A stretch of DNA of 45,829 nucleotides from Candidatus Culexmicrobium thermophilum (GCA_025061095.1 JANZKB010000002.1:1-45829); one strand, 5' to 3'; positions 29,587-38,064 are shown, counted from the first letter of the stretch. The notes: generated by a model not told the origin, from the letters alone. Numbers and translations: made by a program.

Positions 29587-30060
29587 ATGATGTCCGGTAA
29601 AGTCTCCGTCAACCATGTTAGAGAGATCATTGTCGGTGCATTCTGCCATGCCACAGAAGATGTTAGAAAAGTGGAGAAAGCTATTCTAAACCTCTTTCCA
29701 GAGGAGTTTAGAGGAGAACTTAAACTTTCAAGAGAATCTTTGAAAGGTTATTATGGGAATCCCATTACAGTTTTAAAGTTAAAATCTGGAGATCAGAAAC
29801 TTATAGCTTCATTTCTCGAATATTTGTCATCTTCTCTAAGTGATTCTGATAAATTTTTCTTGGAATCCACTTTCGATTTAAGAGTTAAAGGATCCAGCAT
29901 CTTTTATTTGAGGCTTAGTAAGACAGATGCATATAATGGTTCAATTGTTGTTTCAGACTCCGGAGATGTCATAAAGGTTGAATTGAAATTTAAGGTTAAG
30001 AGTAAACGGGAACTCATGGAGCTCTGTAAATCCATTAATCTACTTATGGGTGAACGTTAA
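29587..30060 (+). CDS. DUF54/COG1325-type predicted RNA-binding protein of the exosome superoperon
   Basis: HATEDVRKVEKAILNLFP motif. Conserved slot between L15e and RNase P p30. Confidence 0.6.
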   Translation: MMSGKVSVNHVREIIVGAFCHATEDVRKVEKAILNLFPEEFRGELKLSRESLKGYYGNPITVLKLKSGDQKLIASFLEYLSSSLSDSDKFFLESTFDLRVKGSSIFYLRLSKTDAYNGSIVVSDSGDVIKVELKFKVKSKRELMELCKSINLLMGER

Positions 30061-30805
30061 ATTGGCTAAGAGAAGATTTATAGACCTCCATGTATTCTCC
30101 AATCTTTCTATAGGTTCATCATCTATAGATGAGATTGCTCAGATGGCGGTTGAACTGGGATACCGTGCAGTTGGACTTGCAGATTTCAATAAGGATAATC
30201 TAAATTTAATTGAGGATTTGAGGAGGAAATTTTCTGAATATGGTTTGGACCTTATAAGTAGAGTTGATTTAAACTGTTCTTCTCCCTCTGAACTTAAAAG
30301 GAAACTTAGATTTTATAGGAGAAAAGTGGAGATAATTTCAGTTTTCTGTAGAAATTTACAGATTGCCAGGCTTGCTGCCAGGGATAGGAGAGTTGACCTT
30401 CTCAACTTTACATATAAGAGTAGACAGTTTAATTTCTTCGATGCTTCAGAGGCTTCATTATCTCTTAAAGGTGAAACTGCTCTTGAAATAAATTTAAGAG
30501 ATCTATTATTTGCCGGAACCTCCGGTGAGAGAATACAGTTTTTCAAGATTTGCCGCGAAAATGTCAAATTAGCTAAAAAGCATGGTGTTCCCCTAGTTTT
30601 CTCCTCAGGTGCCAGAAGCATACTTGAGATGAGAGGTCCAAGAGAGCTGGCTGCTGTGGCTTCTCTTCTAGATTTAACTGAGTTTGAGGCTAGAGAAACC
30701 CTTTCAACGATACCGTTCAATATAGTTCAAAGGAATAGGGAAAAATTAAGTGAGAATTTTATTCTTCCAGGTGTCAGGAGAATTAGAGGTGAGATTGATT
30801 GGTGA
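30050..30805 (+). CDS. rnp3: RNase P protein component 3 (Rpp30/p30)
   Basis: FIDLHV... and ...AVELGYRAVGLAD at the N-terminus, VPLVFSSGA later on. Conserved position before Pop5. Confidence 0.75.
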   Translation: MNVKLAKRRFIDLHVFSNLSIGSSSIDEIAQMAVELGYRAVGLADFNKDNLNLIEDLRRKFSEYGLDLISRVDLNCSSPSELKRKLRFYRRKVEIISVFCRNLQIARLAARDRRVDLLNFTYKSRQFNFFDASEASLSLKGETALEINLRDLLFAGTSGERIQFFKICRENVKLAKKHGVPLVFSSGARSILEMRGPRELAAVASLLDLTEFEARETLSTIPFNIVQRNREKLSENFILPGVRRIRGEIDW

Positions 30806-31173
30806 AGGGGTGGAGGCGAAGATACATAATCTTTCAAATTTACTCTGCAAAAAATCTTCAATTTGAAAAGCATGATGTTTTGAATGTTCTCTTTAAGACG
30901 ATTCTCAAACTTTTCGGGGAGATCGGTGCAAGTTTATTGAACTTCAATTTAATCTATCATGATTCCGTTAAAGGTAGAGGTATAATTAGATGCAACCATG
31001 ATAAAGTTTGCTGGCTTAGAGCTGCAGCTGCTTTCATAAGCGATATAAATGGTACTCCAATTACATTTCATATATTAAAGGTTACGGGTTCAATTAGAAG
31101 AGCGAAAGAAATACTTAATAGCCTTCCCTCCAGCAAAGTATTGGGGGATGAAGAAGCCGTCCCAGGTGTCTGA
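30799..31173 (+). CDS. rnp2: RNase P protein component 2 (Pop5)
   Basis: RRRYIIFQI..., LFGEIGAS, GIIRCNHDKV and KVTGSIRRAKE pattern. Overlaps the rnp3 end. Confidence 0.75.
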   Translation: MVKGWRRRYIIFQIYSAKNLQFEKHDVLNVLFKTILKLFGEIGASLLNFNLIYHDSVKGRGIIRCNHDKVCWLRAAAAFISDINGTPITFHILKVTGSIRRAKEILNSLPSSKVLGDEEAVPGV

Positions 31174-31225
31174 CTTTGGGCAGGAATGACGTCCTCGCGA
31201 CGAACCGACCCCAACACCGTTTTTT
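31165..31225 (+). terminator. GC-rich stem-loop followed by T6, spanning the pop5 stop
   Basis: GGTG(31165-68) + TTGGG(31176-80) can pair with CCCAACACC(31210-18). Inner AGGA/TCCT hairpin. TTTTTT at 31220-25. This is the most GC-rich noncoding stretch in the window. Confidence 0.35.
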
Positions 31226-31355
31226 AACCCTTAATTCATGGTGGAAAAGCCAATAGAAAGCTGTTTACATAAAAGACCTAAAACAATCTCTTATTAGAAG
31301 TTTGACATTACTTCTTTAAAGTGTAAGACCTATATTTTAAGTTCATTCTGCAGGT

Positions 31356-31778
31356 CTATTTGATTAGTTCTCTTGGATCTATTCTTCTTAGACCTGGTAT
31401 TTTATCAAATACATTATCCGTTGAAATCATTATGCGATCATCAATTTTATTTAGTGCTGTTGCTGCATAGTAGGCGTCAAACAATGATGTTAAGTTGTAT
31501 TGTTGCATTAAAGTAAATGCTAACAAGTCTATTATATAGTCTGTCTCGATTAACTTCAGATTGTTTATGGCTGTTATTGCTGAGACCCTAGATATAAATT
31601 CGTTTAGAGAGATTCCTTCCTGCATGGACACATAATATAATTCATGCAGTACTTCTCTTGAAGCGTAAACTTCTCCAAATTCACCCTTCTCTATTCTTTC
31701 AATCAATTTCTCTGCAGTGGGTTTCAACCAGTCTTCAGATTTAACATAAGCGTATAAAACATCTGTTTCAATCATCAT
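31356..31778 (-). CDS. vapC: PIN-domain toxin VapC
   Basis: 140 aa. Acidic residues in PIN positions (IETDVL near the N-terminus, LHE, LFDAYYAATAL, ISTD). Start overlaps the vapB stop by 4 nt. Confidence 0.8.
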   Translation of the reverse strand: MMIETDVLYAYVKSEDWLKPTAEKLIERIEKGEFGEVYASREVLHELYYVSMQEGISLNEFISRVSAITAINNLKLIETDYIIDLLAFTLMQQYNLTSLFDAYYAATALNKIDDRIMISTDNVFDKIPGLRRIDPRELIK

Positions 31779-32023
31779 AACTGCTTCCTCCTTTCAGCTC
31801 TCTTAACTGCATCTTTTCTAGCTAATTCTTCCGCCATTTTTTTCAATTCACGTCGAGTTCTGCTAGTTTCCAACCAATTCTTAGCATAGTTAACAGGTTC
31901 AGGTGGAATAGGAATTATTATGAAGAAGCTTCCAGCTGGAATTATTATTGCTTTTGTACTCTTCACTTTCATTTTTCTAGGTATGGTGAGCCTGCCCCTA
32001 CTATCAATATTTACAACCGCCAA
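31775..32023 (-). CDS. vapB: AbrB/SpoVT-type antitoxin VapB
   Basis: N-terminal VNIDSRGRLTIPRKM swapped-hairpin motif. 82 aa. TTG start 8 nt after GAGGG. Confidence 0.75.
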   Translation of the reverse strand: MAVVNIDSRGRLTIPRKMKVKSTKAIIIPAGSFFIIIPIPPEPVNYAKNWLETSRTRRELKKMAEELARKDAVKRAERRKQL

Positions 32024-32056
32024 GCTAATCCCTCAACGCTACAATATACCCGCAAA

Positions 32057-32064
32057 TATATAAA
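32057..32064 (-). promoter_or_regulatory. Candidate TATA box for vapBC
   Basis: Minus-strand TTTATATA lies ~34-41 nt upstream of the vapB TTG, with an A-rich BRE-like stretch before it. Confidence 0.3.
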
Positions 32065-32270
32065 ATTGACCATAATCTTACTAACAACCCAATCTGCTTT
32101 CATTGCTATGTTTTTGTTGATGGCTATTCTTGAAAAGTTATGATGATGAGATTTTAGGTCAGGAAGCTAACCTACTAGTATTTAATATGAGGATTTTACG
32201 ATGGATGAAATTATTTTTATACTATTTTAGTGAATTTGAATGTCCATTTTAGGTAACGCATTTAGATGAA

Positions 32271-32501
32271 TTGGCTAATTCATTGTATATTATACTAAGC
32301 TATATATTCCGCTCAATATTATCTTTATCAATTATCCTCTTTATATTTGGAGTAAGTTTAATCATTACTGGAGCAGTTTACAGGAAAAGTTATTTCCAAT
32401 TTAAAGATCCCAATTTACTAAAAGAGGGAACTAAAGAACGTGAAATTTGGAGAATCAAAGAAGTTGAAAGATCCGACGTGAAAATTTTATACGAGTCGTA
32501 A
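32271..32501 (+). CDS. Small hypothetical membrane protein (one to two TM segments), possibly a gene remnant
   Basis: 76 aa, TTG start, hydrophobic N-terminal 35 aa, no recognisable RBS. Followed by out-of-frame protein-like fragments. Confidence 0.3.
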   Translation: MANSLYIILSYIFRSILSLSIILFIFGVSLIITGAVYRKSYFQFKDPNLLKEGTKEREIWRIKEVERSDVKILYES

Positions 32502-32789
32502 GAGAACAACTTTTAGAAAAAGAAGAAAAAATTAAATGAAAAGTAAACGATGGTGAATATTATTTTCTTTCTAAGAAAGGCAAAAAATTACTGGAAGCTT
32601 ATAAAAGAGTTCGTTAAAACAGCAGTTTCACTTTATGAGGGCTGAAACCACTATAGCATCGATTTCCTAGTCTTGCTTCTCAATAACCTTAGATAATTCG
32701 TGAAGTAAGCCTTGCCAATCATTCTTTTCATGTAAATTTCTATAAGATTTAATGCGAATCTAAGGGCGGCCTGAATACCAGTCGATCAC

Positions 32790-32811
32790 GGCTGAAATAT
32801 GGATTTCAGCC
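32790..32811. repeat. Perfect 9-bp inverted repeat with a 4-nt loop
   Basis: GGCTGAAAT-ATGG-ATTTCAGCC read directly from the sequence, in a 619-nt noncoding gap. Confidence 0.6.
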
Positions 32812-32927
32812 TATAATCTCGAAGTAAACTATAATATTTAAATTCTCTACCTGCTTTAAGCATGCTTAAAACAAGGTTTACACATCAACAATAAAAATAT
32901 GATAATGTCAATCTCTTTGGTGTATTA

Positions 32928-32943
32928 GCGAGGAACCGGCCCC
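32928..32943. repeat. GC-rich 16-mer, 14/16 identical to 31197-31212
   Basis: GCGAGGAACCGGCCCC versus GCGACGAACCGACCCC. Both are preceded by GGTGT (32919-23 and 31165-69). Confidence 0.5.
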
Positions 32944-33120
32944 TCCTCATGCTTTAGCTTTCTCTTAAATTTCGAATTTTGCATTTTTACATTTGGGATA
33001 TTTTGAAAGTTATATTTCGTCAAAATTGAAGACTACAGTTCAATGAAAATGTAAGAATTTTTTACAGAAAATTTAATAATAAAATGTCACATTTAAGGTC
33101 TAGTAATTGGGAGTGAAATC

Positions 33121-34875
33121 ATGTCCATGAATGTTGTTGAGAAGCTGAAAATTGTTGAGGAGATTGTAAAGTTACCATGGTATGGGCTTGCTGGAATAAC
33201 ACATAATAAACTAATATATGTGTCAACTAGAGAAGGCATAAGGAATCTGTGGGCTTTAGATTTTGAAACGAATAAGGCTCTAAAGTTAACTGCGAAGGGG
33301 ATAAGTGGAGTTGCAGACGTTAAATCTAAATCTCCACTAATATTATATATCAGAGATGTTACGGGTGGGAAAGAGTTACATAACGTTTTTTCAATTAACG
33401 TCAATAATGTTAAGGAGAAGGTAGCTGTCGATTTTGAACCTAAAAGAATTTTTGGAATATCTTTTGATGGAGAAAAATTGGCTCTTAGCTGTGCTGGTAA
33501 AAATGAAGTAGAAATTTACATTGCAAAGCCAGAGGAGAAATATGAAAAAATATATGGAGTAAAGGCCTTGGCTATAGTTACAGGTAATGATGGAAATTTA
33601 ATTGCCGGTTATGGCTCATTTAAAGATCCTAAAATCTTCGAAATCTTCATATATGATCTTGAAAACGGCATCTTCAAAATCTACACTCCAAAGGAAGGAG
33701 CGTCATGCAAGCCGCCCCGAGTATCTAATGGAAAGCTGCTTTTTTCAACAGATGCTTTTGGAGATGAAAGGCTAATGATATATAATTTTTATGAAAATGT
33801 GCTTAAAGAATTGGAACTGCCACATGAGGATTACAAGAAATACAAATTTTCTGAATATGTAAATTATGGTTGGACTGAAGATGAAAGAATATGGTTTATC
33901 GGTGAAATTAACGGTAGAACTAAACTGTTCATAGATGGCATGGAAGTAAAGCTTCCGGAGGGATTTGCAGGCAATGCATGTATTCATGGAGGTAACATCT
34001 ACGTTACATGGTCATCAGCCAAAACACCTATGAGAATTTTAAAAGTTAACTTGAAGAGCAGTAAGATTGAAAATTTCCTTGGGGCAGAGCTTCCGGAACA
34101 CATTTCGAAATGCTTTGGCGACGTAAAATTTGTGGAATATGAAAGCTTCGATGGACTTAAGATTCCGATGTATATATTTGAAAGTAAAAAGGCATCTAAG
34201 CCTGGTCCAGCAATAATTTATGTGCATGGAGGACCATGGGGTGAAGTCAACGATTCATGGAATAGAACTATAAGCTCACTGATAGCTTCCGGATACCATG
34301 TATTTGCACCAAACTTTAGAGGATCCACAGGTTATGGTGAAAAGTTTAGAAGGCTGGATATTGGCGATCCAGGTGGCGGAGACTTAATAGATATAATTTA
34401 CGCTAGAAAATATGCCGTTGAAACAGGATTAGCAGATGAGGGAAAAATTGCAATAATGGGCTACAGTTACGGCGGCTTCATGACCTATCTAGCTACAGTT
34501 AAGCATCCGGATCTGTGGAAATGTGGAGTTGCTGGGGCGGGAATAGTGGACTGGGAGGAACTATATCATCTGAGCGATTCAATATTCAAACAGTTTGTAG
34601 AGATGCTATTTGCAGGTAAAAGAGAGCTTTGGAAAGATAGGTCGGCGATGAGTTTCGCAGAAAAACTTAGAGCTCCACTATGCATAATACATCCTCAAAA
34701 TGATACTAGAACACCGTTGAAACCAGTACTTAAATATTGTATGAAGCTATTAGAGCTCGGTAAAACCTTTGAAGTGCACATAGCTCCAGACATGGGACAT
34801 GTAATTATGAAAGTGGATGATGCGATAAAAATACTATTTCCAGCAATAATATTTCTAGAAAGATACATGAAGTAG
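33121..34875 (+). CDS. S9-family serine peptidase (prolyl oligopeptidase / acylaminoacyl-peptidase type) with N-terminal beta-propeller
   Basis: Catalytic GYSYGG serine motif, Asp in QNDTRTP, His in DMGHV, and YVHGGPW. 584 aa. Confidence 0.85.
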   Translation: MSMNVVEKLKIVEEIVKLPWYGLAGITHNKLIYVSTREGIRNLWALDFETNKALKLTAKGISGVADVKSKSPLILYIRDVTGGKELHNVFSINVNNVKEKVAVDFEPKRIFGISFDGEKLALSCAGKNEVEIYIAKPEEKYEKIYGVKALAIVTGNDGNLIAGYGSFKDPKIFEIFIYDLENGIFKIYTPKEGASCKPPRVSNGKLLFSTDAFGDERLMIYNFYENVLKELELPHEDYKKYKFSEYVNYGWTEDERIWFIGEINGRTKLFIDGMEVKLPEGFAGNACIHGGNIYVTWSSAKTPMRILKVNLKSSKIENFLGAELPEHISKCFGDVKFVEYESFDGLKIPMYIFESKKASKPGPAIIYVHGGPWGEVNDSWNRTISSLIASGYHVFAPNFRGSTGYGEKFRRLDIGDPGGGDLIDIIYARKYAVETGLADEGKIAIMGYSYGGFMTYLATVKHPDLWKCGVAGAGIVDWEELYHLSDSIFKQFVEMLFAGKRELWKDRSAMSFAEKLRAPLCIIHPQNDTRTPLKPVLKYCMKLLELGKTFEVHIAPDMGHVIMKVDDAIKILFPAIIFLERYMK

Positions 34876-35226
34876 TAATTCGAATCTAACTGTAATGCAA
34901 AACGTTAAAAACCTAATTTCAAATTTTTGACTGGTTATGGGTTTCCATAGCTCCCATAACTTCAATCGATAAATTTCATGTGTCTTTATCCAATCAAATG
35001 TTCAGCTTGTAATTTCGTTTAAATTTAAAACCTTCATGAGAGTATGAAGAATGTAATGTGCAGAGATTCCTGCAAATGCTCCGAAGGCTAGATGCGTTAT
35101 TAATGCATAGAGAAGTGACAATTTCAATATTGTTGAAGGCATTTAAAGTATGAATGCCATAAAATATATGCATGCAAGTTTCGAGAGGCTGCTTAAAATT
35201 CCAGCCGTCAAGTTAAAGAATAGCTG

Positions 35227-35895
35227 CTACCGCCTCAAAAGATGATACAGTATGTCTCTTACTATTCCCAATGTTTCTCCACTTATCGTTTTAACTTTTA
35301 AGATTCCCAAGTTTAATATTTTTCCAACTTTCAATTTCACATTTTCAATTCTCCTAATATTCTTCATAGGCATATCCAATATTCTTCCATCATTACCTGT
35401 TGAAGCTAAAATGGATGCTGCAAATACACCTATAATTCCAGAACCGTCTCCTCTAAGTTGCAGAAGCGTTATAGAATGCTTATCTGCAGCCTCAATTATC
35501 TCTTTCCTAGAGACAAGTTTCCTCCTAACTTTTAATGCTATTTGGAGGAGTTCGTCTGGAGGTGGAGATTTAAAGCTTAAAGCTACCCCTGCATTACTGT
35601 TTGAAGCCGCTAACTTATCGACTATTCTAACCGTTTTCTCTAAGATTTTATTCGACTCTTCTCTTCTATCTATAGATATGGTTAGGGGCTTTCGCACTGT
35701 TTCTACCTTTAGTCTTTATGATGTTTTCAGGTTTAATTAATTGATGCCTCGTAACCCATAGCACATTAAAGCCTTCTTTAACAAGTTCTTCAGCCAATTC
35801 TCTAGCTACTCTTCCTGTTCCCATTCCAGTTCACGCATATCTTTTTCTTTCATATCAGTGTCATCTAAACCTATGAAGATAAGCAAAACCTTCAC
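35227..35895 (-). pseudogene. TiaS-N-terminal (tRNA cytidine kinase domain)-like gene, frameshifted twice and lacking the TiaS C-terminal domains
   Basis: Three minus-strand segments read as one protein. 35895-35806: LLIFIGLDDTD. 35830-35666: GMGTGRVARELAEEL..TRHQLIKPENIIKTKGRN. 35697-35227: ..SNAGVAL..LRGDGSGIIGVFAAS. These match the remembered TiaS blocks IGIDDTDS..GMCTTY, PRLIRLNP..YKTRGNG and KKGRGLIGALAA. Confidence 0.45.
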
Positions 35896-35942
35896 CTGAA
35901 TTAAATCTGACCTTTCAAAGTAAATATTTATGTTAAAGTCTT

Positions 35943-35957
35943 AAACATAATATGTTT
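35943..35957. promoter_or_regulatory. 15-nt palindrome in the divergent TiaS-like/oppD intergenic region
   Basis: AAACATA-A-TATGTTT, flanked by the direct 9-mer TTAAAGTCT at 35933-41 and 36007-15. Confidence 0.3.
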
Positions 35958-36075
35958 TGCACCGTTAACCTAGCATTTAAAGAAACGAAAATATAAACAT
36001 TTATAATTAAAGTCTAGGTTAAATATTGCAGTAATCATGAAACATTCAAGCTGTGCTCAATGAGGGAGACATATT

Positions 36076-37056
36076 ATGCTGCTTCAAGTTGAAGGGTTGA
36101 AGATGTACTATGAAATTTTAGGGAAAGGTTTAGTTCACGCTGTTGATGACGTATTCTTCTCGTTGGATAAGGGTGAAACTTTAGGTGTTGTAGGCGAATC
36201 TGGGTGTGGAAAAAGCAGCTTAGCTATATCAATTTTAAGGCTTCTGCCAATTAACGGCAAAATTTTGGGGGGACGAATTCTTTTAGATGGCGTTGACATT
36301 TTAAATATGGATCTTGAAAAATTTAGAAAGGAGATTAGATGGAAACGTATCTCCATAGTATTCCAAGGTGCTATGAATGCTTTGAACCCAGTTTTAAGGG
36401 TTGGAGATCAGATTGCTGAGGCAATTATGCTCCATAGCGATGTAAGTAAAAAGGAGGCTATGAAAAGAGTTATTTCTCTTCTCGAAATGGTTGGAATAGA
36501 TGGGTCGAGGGCTAAAGGTTATCCATTCGAATTTAGTGGAGGTATGCGGCAAAGGGTTATGATCGCAATGGCCCTAGCCCTCAACCCGGAGATTCTTATA
36601 GCAGATGAACCTACAACCGCTCTAGATGTTATAGTTCAAGCACAGATACTTAAACTTATAAAAAATATTCAGAGAAGACTTGAATTATCCGTTATATTAA
36701 TATCTCATGATATTTCGATGGTTAGTGAGTTAAGCGATAAACTCGCCATTATGTATGCTGGACAGATAGTTGAGCTTGGAGATATGGTTGACGTTTACCT
36801 CAACCCATTACACCCATACACTAAGGCTCTCCTATCATCTGTGCCAAGTATAAAGATGAAGAGGAGGCTTCTAAAATCTATTCCAGGTGCTCCTCCAAAC
36901 CTGCTGCAGCCTCCTAAGGGTTGCAGATTTCATCCGCGATGCCCGTTTAAAGCGGATATATGTGAAGAAGAGGAACCCGAATTCGTTTCTGTTTCTAAAG
37001 ATCATTTTGTAAGATGCCATAGATTTGAGGAGTTGAGGGGAGTTGAATTCAAGTGA
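36076..37056 (+). CDS. oppD: Oligopeptide/dipeptide ABC transporter ATP-binding protein (OppD/DppD type)
   Basis: Walker A GESGCGKS, signature FSGGMRQR, Walker B LIADEPTTALD, and the C-terminal oligopeptide-type extension HPYT...GCRFHPRC. Confidence 0.85.
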   Translation: MLLQVEGLKMYYEILGKGLVHAVDDVFFSLDKGETLGVVGESGCGKSSLAISILRLLPINGKILGGRILLDGVDILNMDLEKFRKEIRWKRISIVFQGAMNALNPVLRVGDQIAEAIMLHSDVSKKEAMKRVISLLEMVGIDGSRAKGYPFEFSGGMRQRVMIAMALALNPEILIADEPTTALDVIVQAQILKLIKNIQRRLELSVILISHDISMVSELSDKLAIMYAGQIVELGDMVDVYLNPLHPYTKALLSSVPSIKMKRRLLKSIPGAPPNLLQPPKGCRFHPRCPFKADICEEEEPEFVSVSKDHFVRCHRFEELRGVEFK

Positions 37057-38035
37057 ACCTGTAATTAGAGCTGTAAATTTGAAGAAGTATTTTCCCGTTA
37101 GAGGGCGTATTTTCGACGTTATTCGGAGAAGGCCTAAATTATATGTTAGAGCTGTTGACGATATAACATTCGACATCTATGAGCGGGAAATATTCGGTTT
37201 GGCCGGTGAATCTGGATGCGGAAAAACTACGACGGGGAAAACTATACTTAGATTGATTGAACCAACTTCTGGAAAATTATTTTTCAAAGGAGATGATCTA
37301 CTTAAATATGATGGATCCAAGCTTAAAGAGTTTAGGAGGAGAGCCCAAATAATATTTCAGGATCCATATGAATCGCTCAATCCTAGAATGAACATTTACA
37401 GCATAGTTGAAGAACCGCTTAGAATTCATAAGATAGGTGATAAAAATGAACGATTAGAAATGGTTTTAAAGGTTCTTGAAGATGTAGAGTTAAAACCTCC
37501 AGAGAATTTCATTTATAGGCGTCCACACGAGCTTAGCGGTGGGCAACGTCAGAGAGTGGCAATTGCAAGGGCCATGATCCTTAACCCCGAATTCATAGTG
37601 GCAGATGAACCTGTCTCAATGTTAGACATGTCGATTAGAGCTGAAATCCTTAACTTGATGTTGAAGCTGAGAGATGAATACAAGTTAGCCTATCTGTTTA
37701 TAACACATGATCTCGCTGTGGCGAAATATATCTGCAGCCGCCTAGGCATAATGTATTTAGGTAAGCTTCTCGAGCTTGGATCAGCTGAGAAAGTTATAGA
37801 TGAACCTTATCATCCATATACTAGGGCATTGATTTCCGCGATACCTACACCCGACCCAAGGGAGAAGATAGGGGAGATACCGATTAAAGGAGAGGTTACC
37901 TCTCCGATAAATGTTCCGAAGGGATGTAGATTTTACCCTAGATGTGTTAGGGCTATGGATATATGTAAAGAGAAGGAGCCTAAACTAATGGAAGTTTCCA
38001 AAGGACATTTCGTAGCCTGCCATCTATATGCGTAA
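37043..38035 (+). CDS. oppF: Oligopeptide/dipeptide ABC transporter ATP-binding protein (OppF/DppF type)
   Basis: GESGCGKTT, LSGGQRQR, IVADEPVSMLD, and HPYT...GCRFYPRC. Overlaps the oppD end by 14 nt. Confidence 0.85.
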   Translation: MNSSEPVIRAVNLKKYFPVRGRIFDVIRRRPKLYVRAVDDITFDIYEREIFGLAGESGCGKTTTGKTILRLIEPTSGKLFFKGDDLLKYDGSKLKEFRRRAQIIFQDPYESLNPRMNIYSIVEEPLRIHKIGDKNERLEMVLKVLEDVELKPPENFIYRRPHELSGGQRQRVAIARAMILNPEFIVADEPVSMLDMSIRAEILNLMLKLRDEYKLAYLFITHDLAVAKYICSRLGIMYLGKLLELGSAEKVIDEPYHPYTRALISAIPTPDPREKIGEIPIKGEVTSPINVPKGCRFYPRCVRAMDICKEKEPKLMEVSKGHFVACHLYA

Positions 38036-38064
38036 TTCACAATTTAACCTATAGAATCTGTTCT

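Noticed and set aside
31165-31225. GC-rich patch after pop5 considered as a tRNA, a tRNA 3' fragment (integration target) or a C/D-box sRNA
   Set aside because: There is no GTTCRANYC T-loop, no cloverleaf and no acceptor/CCA context on either strand. CTGA and ATGA-like boxes are in the wrong order and spacing for a C/D sRNA. I kept it only as a stem-loop plus T6 and as one copy of a repeat.
32141-32215. C/D-box sRNA candidate starting at ATGATGATGA. A second candidate lies at 25239-25290 (AATGAATGA ... CCTGAAA).
   Set aside because: The first lacks a correctly spaced terminal CUGA D box. Neither has recognisable C'/D' internal boxes at ~12-nt guide spacing.
33093-33404. 103-aa - strand ORF at the 5' end of the peptidase gene
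   Set aside because: It overlaps the S9 peptidase coding region antisense. It has no RBS or motif.
35252-35740. 162-aa + strand ORF
   Set aside because: It is antisense to the TiaS-like frames. Its composition is shadow-like (S/L/F/I/P rich) and it has no RBS. The minus-strand reading carries recognisable motifs.
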